Shown here piece after piece: positions 40,338-50,043 of a stretch of 64,000 bases of DNA (positions within the stretch are counted from its first letter, which is position 1; the number at the start of each line of letters is the position of its first letter). Made by a program: the position numbers and the translations under genes. The DNA comes from Roseateles sp. (GTDB lineage: Bacteria > Pseudomonadota > Gammaproteobacteria > Burkholderiales > Burkholderiaceae_C): assembly GCF_036404855.1 (NCBI RefSeq), contig NZ_DASWYS010000050.1, forward strand, positions 9,308 through 73,307. The letters are read 5' to 3'. The notes under the pieces were generated by a model. That model saw nothing but the letters and a program-made list of their open reading frames with translations, made no database searches and was not told the origin of the DNA.

Positions 40338-42692
40338 ATGAGCCTGCTGGACAAACTCAGGGGAAAGCCCGAAGCCGATGACCTGCCGCTGCCGCCGCCG
40401 GAAGGTGGCGACACGACCATCGATTCACGCACCAACGGCGGCTTCGATGCCAGCCGCAATCCCGACTCCACCCTGGTCGGCGGCGAGATTCCCACGCGTG
40501 CGGAGATGCCGTCCATCATTTCGCAGGCCTTGCCGTCCGAGCCCGGCCCGATCAGCGAGTTTCCGCCTAGCAATACGATGGGCTTCGCGCCCACCACGCA
40601 GGCGGCCGATCCCACCCAACTGCCGCCCCCGGCCGCTCCCGCCGCCGGAAAGCTTGGCGAGTTCTTCGGCCGTCATCGTCAGCGCGTGTTGACCGCGCTC
40701 GTCGCCCTGGGCTTCATCGGCACGGCCATCTCCGTCAGCCTGGTGCTGGTGTCGTCGAACCGCAGCGCGGCTCAGGTGCGCGCCTCAGGTCAGGCGCTGA
40801 TGCATTCGCAGCGCATGGCCAAGTCCGTGTCCGCGGCCCTGGTCGGCAATCCGACGGCCTTCGCGGAACTGCGCGAATCGGTCAGCACGCTCAGCGGTGT
40901 CGTTAACAACCTGCGCACGGGTGAGGGGGACCTGGCCATTGCGCCCGCCGCCGTGCAGCCGACGCTGGAATCCCTGACGCCGCTGGTCGAGCGTGCCGAG
41001 AAGAACGGCAAGATCGTTCAAGCCCAGGAGAAAATCCTGACCCAGGTGGGTCAGGCATTGCGCGCCATCAATCGTCAGTCCAGTGACCTGCTGGAAAGCG
41101 CCGAGGCCGTGTCGTCCCAGGCCTTGCAGATCGGTTCGTCCGCGGGCGAGGTCTCCGCGGTCGGCCAGCTCGTCATGCTGACCCAACGCATCGGCAAGAG
41201 CGCCAACGAGTTCCTGACGCAGGAAGGTGTCAGCCCCGAAGCTGTGTTCCTGCTCGGCAAGGACTTGAACTCCTTCAAGCTCATCACCGAGGCCCTGATC
41301 AGCGGCAGCCCCGAGCTGCGCCTGAACGCCGCACGCGACCCGCAGCTCAAGGAACGCCTGCAAACCCTGCTCAAGCAGTACGAGCAGACCCGCACCCAGG
41401 CCTCCGCAATTCTGGGCAACCTTCAGGGTCTGGTGTCCGCCCGCGAGGCGCAGACGGCCATCCTGAACGACTCTGAACCGCTGCGCAAAGGCCTGGAGCA
41501 GGTCGCCGGCGAGCTGGAAAAGTCGGGTGGTGCCAGTTGGGGCCTGACCCTGCTGCTGTTCCTGTCGCTTGTGGCGCTTGTCGTCGGTGCCGGTGGGTTC
41601 CTGCGCCTCTTCGTGGCTGACCAGTCCGAACGCGCCGCGCTCGCCGAGGCCCAGCGCCGCGAGGCCGAGGCCCAGGAGCAGGAGGCCAAGCGCGTCAATG
41701 ACGCCAACCAGGCGGCCATTCTGCGGCTGATGAACGAACTGGCCAGCGTCGCCGAGGGCGATCTGACGCAGCAGGCGACGGTGACGGAAGACATCACCGG
41801 CGCGATTGCCGACTCCGTGAATTACACGGTGGAGGAACTGCGCAACCTGGTCGGCCAGGTGCAGGCCACCGCGGCTCGCGTGACGGACACGACCGGCGCC
41901 GTGGACCAGACTTCCACCGACCTGCTTGCCGCTTCCAAGGAGCAACTGCACGAGATCCGTGCGACCGGCGAGGCCGTGCTGGGCATGGCGAACCGGATCA
42001 CGGAGGTGTCCGCCCAGGCGCAGACGACGGCCGAGGTGGCGCGTCAGAGCCGTCAGGCCGCCGAGCAAGGTCTTTCTGCGATGCAGAACAACATCGCCGG
42101 TATGAACACCATCCGCGACTCCATCCAGGAGACCTCCAAGCGCATCAAGCGCCTGGGCGAGTCGTCCCAGGAAATCGGTGAGATCACGGAGCTGATCTCG
42201 GACATTACCGAGCAGACCAATGTGCTGGCTCTGAACGCAGCCATTCAGGCCGCGTCCGCCGGCGAGGCGGGCCGCGGCTTCTCGGTGGTGGCGGAAGAAG
42301 TGCAGCGCCTCGCGGAACGCTCCGGCGACGCGACGCGCCGGATTGCCGCACTGGTCAAGACCATTCAGACCGACACCCACGACGCCGTGGCCGCCATGGA
42401 GCGCTCAACGCGCGGCGTGGTGGAAGGTACGCAACTGTCCGACGCGGCCGGCAAGGCGCTGGAGGACATCGACAGCGTGTCGCGCCAGTTGGACCAGCTG
42501 ATCGTGCGCATCTCCTCGCAGGCTCAGCAGGAGGCCGCGCATGCCAACGACGTCGCCTCCAACATCCAGCACATTTTTGCGGTGACCGAGCAGACCTCCG
42601 AAGGCACGCGTTCCACTGCCCAGATGGTGCATGAGCTGTCGCGCTCGGCCGAGGCGCTGCGCACGTCCGTGTCCCGATTCAAGGTCGCCTGA
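40338..42692 (+). CDS. pilJ: Methyl-accepting chemoreceptor PilJ
   Basis: Two TMs, periplasmic repeat 'MLTQRIGK', HAMP '[10 protein letters not shown]', hairpin '[34 protein letters not shown]'. Confidence 0.95.
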   Translation: MSLLDKLRGKPEADDLPLPPPEGGDTTIDSRTNGGFDASRNPDSTLVGGEIPTRAEMPSIISQALPSEPGPISEFPPSNTMGFAPTTQAADPTQLPPPAAPAAGKLGEFFGRHRQRVLTALVALGFIGTAISVSLVLVSSNRSAAQVRASGQALMHSQRMAKSVSAALVGNPTAFAELRESVSTLSGVVNNLRTGEGDLAIAPAAVQPTLESLTPLVERAEKNGKIVQAQEKILTQVGQALRAINRQSSDLLESAEAVSSQALQIGSSAGEVSAVGQLVMLTQRIGKSANEFLTQEGVSPEAVFLLGKDLNSFKLITEALISGSPELRLNAARDPQLKERLQTLLKQYEQTRTQASAILGNLQGLVSAREAQTAILNDSEPLRKGLEQVAGELEKSGGASWGLTLLLFLSLVALVVGAGGFLRLFVADQSERAALAEAQRREAEAQEQEAKRVNDANQAAILRLMNELASVAEGDLTQQATVTEDITGAIADSVNYTVEELRNLVGQVQATAARVTDTTGAVDQTSTDLLAASKEQLHEIRATGEAVLGMANRITEVSAQAQTTAEVARQSRQAAEQGLSAMQNNIAGMNTIRDSIQETSKRIKRLGESSQEIGEITELISDITEQTNVLALNAAIQAASAGEAGRGFSVVAEEVQRLAERSGDATRRIAALVKTIQTDTHDAVAAMERSTRGVVEGTQLSDAAGKALEDIDSVSRQLDQLIVRISSQAQQEAAHANDVASNIQHIFAVTEQTSEGTRSTAQMVHELSRSAEALRTSVSRFKVA

Positions 42693-42733
42693 TCGGCGCC
42701 CCCGCACACCGCACCGAGCAGAAAGCCCACCGC

Positions 42734-45700
42734 ATGGACAGCTCCCTGCGCGACTCCGAACTCCCGGCCGACCTCAGCCCGTTGGCCTGGGTGCAGGAGG
42801 AACTGCGCCGCTCCCTGGAGTCGGTACACAAGACCCTGCGCCGCCTCGTTCGCGATGGCAGCGACAGCCGGCACGCCGCGTTCGGCGCCGATGCCCAGCC
42901 CAGCCCTCCGCTGCAGCAGGCGGCGGCGCAACTGCACCAGGTCAGCGGTGTGCTGTCGCTGGTCGGCCTGCCGGCTGGCGCCAGCGTGCTGCGTGCCGCC
43001 GAGATCGCCGTGGCCCGCTTGGCAGAGCGGCCCCTGGAGGTCGAGGCGAGCACCGTCGATGCCATCGAACGCGCGGACTTCGCATTGCTGGCCTATGTCG
43101 CCCGCCTGCTGGCCGGCAACAAGACCTCGTCGCTGGCCCTTTACCCGGGCTATCGCGCCCTGCAGCAGATCAACGGCGCTGAGCGCATCCATCCCGCCGA
43201 CCTGTGGCAGTTCGACTGGGCTTGGCGCAGCATCCCGCAGGAAGCCGGCGTGTCGCCGCGCGCGCCCGATACCGTGCGCGCGCCCTTCGAGGCTGCGCTG
43301 CTGCGCCACATGCGGGAACCCAGCTCCACGCACGCGGCCAACCTGTCAGGCCTTTGCGCTGGCCTTGCTGCCGCGCTGCCGGCCGGCACGTCGCGTACGC
43401 TGTGGCAATTGGCTGCGGCCGTCTTCGAGGGCCAGGCGCTGAAGCTGCTGGGCAGCGATGCCTACACGAAGCGCCTGGGCTCCAAGTTGCTGCACGAACT
43501 GCGGGTGATTGGCCAGGGCGACCAAGCCGACCCGGCGCGTGACCGGCTGGCTCAAGACCTGCTGTTTTTCTGCGCCCAGTGCCGCGTCACCCAGGGGGCT
43601 GGCCCGCGCCTGATGGCCGTTCACGAAGCCTACCGTCTGACGGATGAGCAGGCCGGTGACTACGAAGATGCCAGCCTGGGCCGCATCGACCCGGCCTGGG
43701 TCGCGCAGGCCAAGCGCCGCGTGCTGGCCGCCAAGGAAAGCTGGTCCAGCGCCGCTGAGGGCGACCAGCACCGGCTGAGCGGCCTGGACGAGCAGTTCGC
43801 CGCGCTGTCCGATTCCCTGACTCGCCTGTTCCCGAGTGGCGAGGTGCTGGCCCAGACGCTGCAGCGCGCCGTCGTCGCGACGTTGCGCTCGCGCGCCGCA
43901 CCGTCGCCCGCGCTCGCGATGGAAGTCGCTACCAGCCTGCTCTATGTTGAAGCCGCGCTGGAAGACGCCGCCTTCGATCAGCCCGAGCAGGCCGACCGCG
44001 TGCGCCGCCTGGCGCGCCGCGTTGAGGCCGTTGCTCACGGCGAGGCGGCCGAGCCGCTGGAAGACTGGATGGAGGACCTGTACCGCCGGGTCTCTGACCG
44101 CCAGACTCTGGGCAGCGTCGTCCACGAACTGCGCGCCAGCCTGTCGGAAATCGAGCGCCAGTGCGACGAGTACTTCCGCAGTCCTACCCAGCGCGAGCTG
44201 CTGATTCCCGTGCCCGGCCAACTGCAGGCCATGCGCGGCGTGCTCAGCGTGCTGGGCCTGGACCAAGCCGCCCACGCCACCGTCCGCATGCGCGACGAGA
44301 TCGACGGCCTGGCCAACACCGAGATCGACTTCAATCGCCCCGGCGCGCGTGACGTCTTCGAGCGCCTGGCCAACAACCTCGGCGCCCTCGGCTTTCTCAT
44401 CGACATGCTCAGCGTCCAGCCGCAACTGGCCAAGCGCATGTTCCAGTTCGACGAGATCAGCGGCCGCCTGGACGCCGTCATGGGCCGCCGCGAAGGGGCC
44501 GTGGAGCTTCCCGATTTCGAGGCTAGCGGCTTCCACGTCGACCTTGAGGCCGAGTCGCCTGCCGCCCCCGCCCCCGGTGCGGCCATGGATGCGACGCAGC
44601 CCCTGCACGTCGACTTCGGCAGCCTGGATCTGCCCGATCTCAGCCTGCCTGATGTCGACCTTTCGCAGCCCGCGCTGGCCGTCTCGCCGGTGGTCGCGCC
44701 GCCTCCGCTCGCGCCCAGCGTTGCCGACGACCCGGAGATGCGCGAGATCTTCCTGGAGGAGGCCGACGAAGTTATCGCCAACGCGCGTGCAGCGTTGGCC
44801 GAGCTGCACCAGCAGCCCAGCGACCACGGCCAGCTCACCGTCGTGCGCCGCGCCTTCCACACGCTCAAGGGCAGTGCCCGCATGGTGGGCCTGAACGACT
44901 TCGGCGAAGGCGCCTGGGCCTGCGAGCAGCTCTACAACGCCCGCCTCGCCGAGGCCAGCCCGCAGGCCGATGCTGCTCTGATCGGCTTCACGACCGAGGC
45001 GCTGGACTATTTCGCTCATTGGCGCCAGCAGATCGCCGGCACCGAGCCGGGCCACAGCCTGCCCGACCCGCTGCGCCGCAGCGCCGATTCACTGCGTTTG
45101 CAGGGGCAGTCCCTGCCGCTGGACTGGTCCGCGGAAGCTCCGGTGACGGAAGTCGTCGAACCCGCGCCCGAGCCCGTTGTCGCCGAGCCGATCGAGACGG
45201 TAGCGGTGCCGGTGCCTGAGCCCGACTACGTGCTCGAGCTGGACATGCCGGATGCCGAAGCCGGTCTGCCGGTGCCCGAGGTCACAGTCGATCTCGATGC
45301 GGCGCAATGGCTGGCCGACGAACCCACGCTTGACCTCTCTGTCCCGACCCACGCGCCGACCGAACCCCTGCCACTGCCCACGCCACAGCGCGAGGAGCAG
45401 ACGCTGGCCAACTTTGGTGTCATCCTGGACCTGGACGATCCCGAACCTGTCGTCGTCCCCGAGCAGCCCCTGGCCGAGATTCCGCCCAGGCCCGAGGAGG
45501 TCACGCTCGCCCTGCCCAGGCTGGTGGTCGACAACGAGGCTGCCGCGATCGAGGCAGAGCCGGAGCCAGTGGACCCGGACGAGGGCTTCAAGGTCATCGG
45601 TCCGCTGCGCATCAGCATCACCCTGTTCAACATCTTCCTGAACGAGGCCGACGAGCTGTCGCGCAAACTCTCCATCAGTCTGGCGGAATGGGCGGCCGAG

Positions 45701-48562
45701 CTGGCCCAGCCCGTGCCGGCCAGCTGCGAGGCCCAGGCCCATGCCCTGGCTGGCAACGCAGCGACAGTTGGTTATGAGGAGCTGTCCGCGCTGGCCCGCG
45801 AGTTGGAGCACACCCTGGGCCGCGCCCAGCGCGCCACGCGTTACGAGGAGGCCGACGCCGAGCTCTTCGTGCGCGCTGCCGACGACATCCGCCGCCTGCT
45901 GCACCAGTTTGCGGCTGGTTTCCTGAAGCCCAACGACCCCGAGGTCATCAGCCGCCTGCATGCCTACGAGCCGCAGGAGGAGTCGCTCACCGCCGCCGCC
46001 GAGCTGGACGGGCTGGACGGGCTGCCTGTCGAGGATGGCATCGAGATGCCGGTGGCCGAGGCCATCGAGGTCGTTGAACCTGCATCCGAGACCGTGCTGG
46101 CGTTGGAGTCCGAGCCTGAGACGACACCGTCCGCCGAGCCCGAACCAACATCGTCGATGGAGCCGGAACCCGAGCCCGGCCTGCCCGACAACATCGAGCC
46201 GGACCTCTACCCGATCTTCGAGGAAGAGGGCCGTGACCTGCTGCAGCAGTTGCATGGCGCCCTGCGAGACTGGCTGGCCCATCCGGGCGAGCTGGGCCGC
46301 TCGGACGCCTGCATGCGTGCCCTGCACACCTTCAAGGGGGGCGCTCGCCTCGCCGGCGCCATGCGCTTGGGCGAGCAGGCCCACCATCTGGAGTCGGCCA
46401 TCGAGGCCGTGCTGCGTGACGGTCATGCCGATCACGCTCGGGTTCAAGCGCTGCAGCACGAGGGCGATGCGCTTGAGCATGCCTTCGAGGAACTGGGCCG
46501 CAGCCTGACAACTGCTGCTGCGGCACCGCTCGTGCCCGCTGTCGTCACGCCGCCAGCGCCGGTTGCGCGGCCAGTGGTCGCCGTCGAGGCGCCGCAGGCC
46601 CAGCCCGCTGCCACGGCCGACAGGGCCGGCGAGCAGATCCGCGAGATCGACTGGAGCCGCTTCACCGACAGCGCCGAGATCGCTGCCGGCAGCGACAACC
46701 TGGCCATCGGCCTGGCCCAGGTGCGCGTGCGCGGCAGCCTGCTGGAGCGCATGGCCACTCAGGCCGGCGAGGTCAGCATCCGCCGTGCGCGGATGGAGTC
46801 CGAGCTGGCCCAGATGAAGGGTGCCCTGCTGGACCTGGACGACAACCTCGAGCGACTGCGCGCGCAGTTGCGCGAGCTGGAGTTGCAGGCTGAGGCCCAG
46901 ATGCACATCCAGCAGGAGATGGCGCAACAAGGCGGCCGCGAGTTCGACCCGCTGGAGTTCGACCGCTACACCCGGTTCCAGGAACTGACACGCATGCTGG
47001 CCGAGTCGGTCGGTGACGTGGCCACGTTGCAACGCGCGCTGGGTCGCAACGTCCAGACTGGCGAAGACGAGCTGGCTGCCCAGTCGCGGCTGACGCGAGA
47101 ACTGCAGGACGACCTGCTGCGCACCCGCCTGGTCGAGTTCGACTCCATCGGCGAGCGGATGCATCGCGTCGTGCGCCAGGCCGCCCGGGACAGTGCCAAG
47201 CAGGTCAGGCTGGAGATCGCCGGCGGCCAGACCGAGCTGGACCGCTCGGTGCTGGAACGTACCGCGGGCGCTTTCGAACACCTGCTGCGCAACAGCGTCG
47301 CTCATGGCATCGAGACGCCAGATGTGCGCACTGCCGCTGGCAAGGACCCGGTCGGCACGCTGCGCATCGACGTCAGCCAGCACGGCAATGAAGTGTTGCT
47401 GAAGTTCTCCGATGACGGTGCCGGCCTCAATCTCGCCCGCATCCGCGAGCGCGGCCTGCAATTGGGCCTGATCACGCCCGACGCCGAGCCCGACGATGCC
47501 CAGCTCCAGCGCATGATCTTCGCGCCGGGCTTTTCGACCGCCAGTCAGGTCACCGAGCTGAGCGGCCGCGGCATCGGCATGGACGTTGTGCGTGCCGAGG
47601 TTGGCACGCTGGGCGGCAGCATCGAAACCACGTCGGCGGCCGGGCAGGGCACCAGCTTCCTGCTGCGCCTGCCGCTGACGACGGCGCTGACGCAGATCGT
47701 GCTGCTCAAGAGCGCGGATCAGGTTGTCGCCGTGCCGGCGGCGCTGATGGCGTCCGTGCAGCGCGTGCCGGTCGAGGCGGTAGAGCAGGCTTACGCCACC
47801 GGCAGGCTGTTGCATGCGGGGCTGGAAATGCCGTTCTACTGGCTGGGCGGCCTGCTGGGCCACGCAGGCCGCGGCCATGTCCATGGCCGCCATGCGCACG
47901 TCGTGCTCGTGCACAGTGCCCAGGCTTCCCTCGCCCTGCACGTGGACGAGGTGGTTGGCAACCAGGAAGTCGTTGTCAAGAACCTCGGCGCCCAGCTCAA
48001 CCGCGTGCCGGGCCTGGCGGGCATCAGCCTGCTGGCCTCGGGCGAGGTGGCGCTGATCTACAACGTCGTGGCGCTGGCCGACTGGTATGGCGTTGAGGCC
48101 CGGGCTCGCCTGGCCGCGGCCCATGCCCTGGCCCAGTCGTCGGCCCCGCTGCAGGCGGAGCCGGTGGCCGAGGCAGAGCAGGCGCCGCTGGTGCTGGTCG
48201 TCGACGATTCGCTGACGGTGCGCCGCGTGACGCAGCGCTTCCTGGAGCGCGTGGGCCTGCGCGTTATGTTGGCCAAGGACGGCCTGGACGCGATGGAGAA
48301 GCTGGCCGGCGACGAGCTGCCCGCGGTGGTGCTGTCTGACATCGAGATGCCTCGCATGGACGGCTTCGACCTGGTGCGCAACATGCGCGCCGACTCGCGG
48401 CTGGCCGGCCTGCCGGTGATCATGATCACCTCGCGCATCGCGCAGAAGCATCGGGACTACGCCGCCCAGCTCGGTGTGGACCACTATCTCGGCAAGCCCT
48501 ATGACGAGGACTACTTGCTCGGCCTGATCCAGCAGTACACCCACCGGACCCAGGCGGCCTGA
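42734..48562 (+). CDS. chpA: ChpA/PilL-type CheA hybrid kinase (multiple Hpt, HATPase, CheW, REC)
   Basis: Hpt motifs 'FHTLKGSARM' and 'LHTFKGGARL', 'FDPLEFDRYT', 'HLLRNSVAHGIE', 'GRGIGMDVV', C-terminal REC 'SDIEMPRMDG'. Confidence 0.93.
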   Translation: MDSSLRDSELPADLSPLAWVQEELRRSLESVHKTLRRLVRDGSDSRHAAFGADAQPSPPLQQAAAQLHQVSGVLSLVGLPAGASVLRAAEIAVARLAERPLEVEASTVDAIERADFALLAYVARLLAGNKTSSLALYPGYRALQQINGAERIHPADLWQFDWAWRSIPQEAGVSPRAPDTVRAPFEAALLRHMREPSSTHAANLSGLCAGLAAALPAGTSRTLWQLAAAVFEGQALKLLGSDAYTKRLGSKLLHELRVIGQGDQADPARDRLAQDLLFFCAQCRVTQGAGPRLMAVHEAYRLTDEQAGDYEDASLGRIDPAWVAQAKRRVLAAKESWSSAAEGDQHRLSGLDEQFAALSDSLTRLFPSGEVLAQTLQRAVVATLRSRAAPSPALAMEVATSLLYVEAALEDAAFDQPEQADRVRRLARRVEAVAHGEAAEPLEDWMEDLYRRVSDRQTLGSVVHELRASLSEIERQCDEYFRSPTQRELLIPVPGQLQAMRGVLSVLGLDQAAHATVRMRDEIDGLANTEIDFNRPGARDVFERLANNLGALGFLIDMLSVQPQLAKRMFQFDEISGRLDAVMGRREGAVELPDFEASGFHVDLEAESPAAPAPGAAMDATQPLHVDFGSLDLPDLSLPDVDLSQPALAVSPVVAPPPLAPSVADDPEMREIFLEEADEVIANARAALAELHQQPSDHGQLTVVRRAFHTLKGSARMVGLNDFGEGAWACEQLYNARLAEASPQADAALIGFTTEALDYFAHWRQQIAGTEPGHSLPDPLRRSADSLRLQGQSLPLDWSAEAPVTEVVEPAPEPVVAEPIETVAVPVPEPDYVLELDMPDAEAGLPVPEVTVDLDAAQWLADEPTLDLSVPTHAPTEPLPLPTPQREEQTLANFGVILDLDDPEPVVVPEQPLAEIPPRPEEVTLALPRLVVDNEAAAIEAEPEPVDPDEGFKVIGPLRISITLFNIFLNEADELSRKLSISLAEWAAELAQPVPASCEAQAHALAGNAATVGYEELSALARELEHTLGRAQRATRYEEADAELFVRAADDIRRLLHQFAAGFLKPNDPEVISRLHAYEPQEESLTAAAELDGLDGLPVEDGIEMPVAEAIEVVEPASETVLALESEPETTPSAEPEPTSSMEPEPEPGLPDNIEPDLYPIFEEEGRDLLQQLHGALRDWLAHPGELGRSDACMRALHTFKGGARLAGAMRLGEQAHHLESAIEAVLRDGHADHARVQALQHEGDALEHAFEELGRSLTTAAAAPLVPAVVTPPAPVARPVVAVEAPQAQPAATADRAGEQIREIDWSRFTDSAEIAAGSDNLAIGLAQVRVRGSLLERMATQAGEVSIRRARMESELAQMKGALLDLDDNLERLRAQLRELELQAEAQMHIQQEMAQQGGREFDPLEFDRYTRFQELTRMLAESVGDVATLQRALGRNVQTGEDELAAQSRLTRELQDDLLRTRLVEFDSIGERMHRVVRQAARDSAKQVRLEIAGGQTELDRSVLERTAGAFEHLLRNSVAHGIETPDVRTAAGKDPVGTLRIDVSQHGNEVLLKFSDDGAGLNLARIRERGLQLGLITPDAEPDDAQLQRMIFAPGFSTASQVTELSGRGIGMDVVRAEVGTLGGSIETTSAAGQGTSFLLRLPLTTALTQIVLLKSADQVVAVPAALMASVQRVPVEAVEQAYATGRLLHAGLEMPFYWLGGLLGHAGRGHVHGRHAHVVLVHSAQASLALHVDEVVGNQEVVVKNLGAQLNRVPGLAGISLLASGEVALIYNVVALADWYGVEARARLAAAHALAQSSAPLQAEPVAEAEQAPLVLVVDDSLTVRRVTQRFLERVGLRVMLAKDGLDAMEKLAGDELPAVVLSDIEMPRMDGFDLVRNMRADSRLAGLPVIMITSRIAQKHRDYAAQLGVDHYLGKPYDEDYLLGLIQQYTHRTQAA

Positions 48563-48569
48563 GCACCCG

Positions 48570-49607
48570 ATGTCCCAGGTTGTCGATCACCTCGCCGAAC
48601 TGACCGGATTCCGTGACCGCGACGTCATGGACGTCACGCTGGTCATGGCCCTGCGTGATCTGCTCGAGCCGGAGTCTGTGGCCATTTACCGCTGCGTCGG
48701 CGAGCCGGGCGAGGAGCGTTGGCTGACTCGCGCCCACCTGCGCGCGGGCGATGCCGTGGCGTCGGCTGACCCGCTTTGGGCCAAGCCCACGGCGCTGCCG
48801 CTGGCGACCACCCATCCGCTGCGCCTGGAGGCTATGCGCAGCCGCGCGGTGACCCAGGTGGTCCAGGGGGGACAGTGGTTGTACCTTTTCCCCATCGCGA
48901 CCGAGCGCGACGTCATCGGCGTCATCGAGATCTTGTCCACGCGCCGCCTTGGCACAGGCGCGCAGCGAATGGTCAGCAGCGTGCTGCGGATCTATCACAA
49001 CTTCCAGGGCCTGCTTGACTACTCCGAGCGCGACACGCTCACCGGCCTGCTGAATCGCAAGACCTTCGACGAGAGCTTCCTGAAGGTGCTGTCCGACATC
49101 CCGGCCAAGCACGAGGTCAAGTACGAGGCCGAGGACCGTCGCCACGAGACGGCCACCCCGCACTATGTGCTGGGCGTCATCGACATCGACCACTTCAAGT
49201 CCGTCAACGACCGCTTTGGCCACCTCATCGGCGACGAGGTGCTGCTGCTGCTTTCCCGCCTGATGCGCGGCTCTTTCCGCTTTCACGACCTGCTCTACCG
49301 CTTTGGCGGCGAGGAATTCGTCGTGCTGATGCGTTGCGACGAAGAGATCCACGCCGGCGATGCCTTTGAGCGCCTGCGCGTGAACACCGAGCGTTACGTC
49401 TTCCCGCAGGTCGGTCGCATCACGGTCAGCATCGGCTTCACCGAGGTACGCGCCGGGGATTCGCCGGCAGCGGCCTTCGAGCGAGCTGACAAGGCCGTCT
49501 ATCACGCCAAGGCCCACGGCCGGAACCAGGTGCACAACTACGCAGCCCTGGTCGCCGGGGGCATCATCCAGGAAGCCACGCAGCTCAGCGACGTCGAGCT
49601 GTTCTGA
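48570..49607 (+). CDS. Diguanylate cyclase (GAF-like N-terminus plus GGEEF)
   Basis: 'DTLTGLLNR', 'IDIDHFKSVNDRFGH..GD', I-site RFHD five residues before GGEEF, 'AD.A.Y.AK..GRN'. Confidence 0.92.
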   Translation: MSQVVDHLAELTGFRDRDVMDVTLVMALRDLLEPESVAIYRCVGEPGEERWLTRAHLRAGDAVASADPLWAKPTALPLATTHPLRLEAMRSRAVTQVVQGGQWLYLFPIATERDVIGVIEILSTRRLGTGAQRMVSSVLRIYHNFQGLLDYSERDTLTGLLNRKTFDESFLKVLSDIPAKHEVKYEAEDRRHETATPHYVLGVIDIDHFKSVNDRFGHLIGDEVLLLLSRLMRGSFRFHDLLYRFGGEEFVVLMRCDEEIHAGDAFERLRVNTERYVFPQVGRITVSIGFTEVRAGDSPAAAFERADKAVYHAKAHGRNQVHNYAALVAGGIIQEATQLSDVELF

Positions 49608-50043
49608 TCCGGCCCAGTTGGGCGGGTCTGCGCCAACGGTCGCTTCTCTCCTCGGGCGCCGCGGCCTGGTGTGGTTGGTTGCCCGCGATGACTGCTTGAG
49701 AAGCCCGCTGTGGCCATGCGACGTTGGGCGTGCACTGCGTACGTGATGAACACGAAGCGCCGGCTCGGGCGCTCTTGGCATGCCGACGGGTCACGGTCAG
49801 CTACGAGGAAGCCATGTGTTCTTGCGGCCTCCGTCCAGACTGGGGGGCGCGGCTATTGGGGCGTTCGTAGGCACTGCCGAGGAAGCACGGCGTCAACTTG
49901 CTGGCCTGCCAGCTCCGGTCCAATGCTTACAGTGCCACGCCTGAGGCGAAGGCAGCGGGCGCCAAAGCTCAGCACGGGACCTGGCGTCTATGCCAGCATC
50001 CTCAGCGTCACGCTGACCTGCGGCTGGCCGGCCGGCGCGGTGT

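Noticed and set aside
45089-48544. 1151-aa minus-strand ORF
   Set aside because: Antisense shadow of chpA; the same applies to other long shadow ORFs (e.g. 23013-24620, 40785-42380, 50104-51783)
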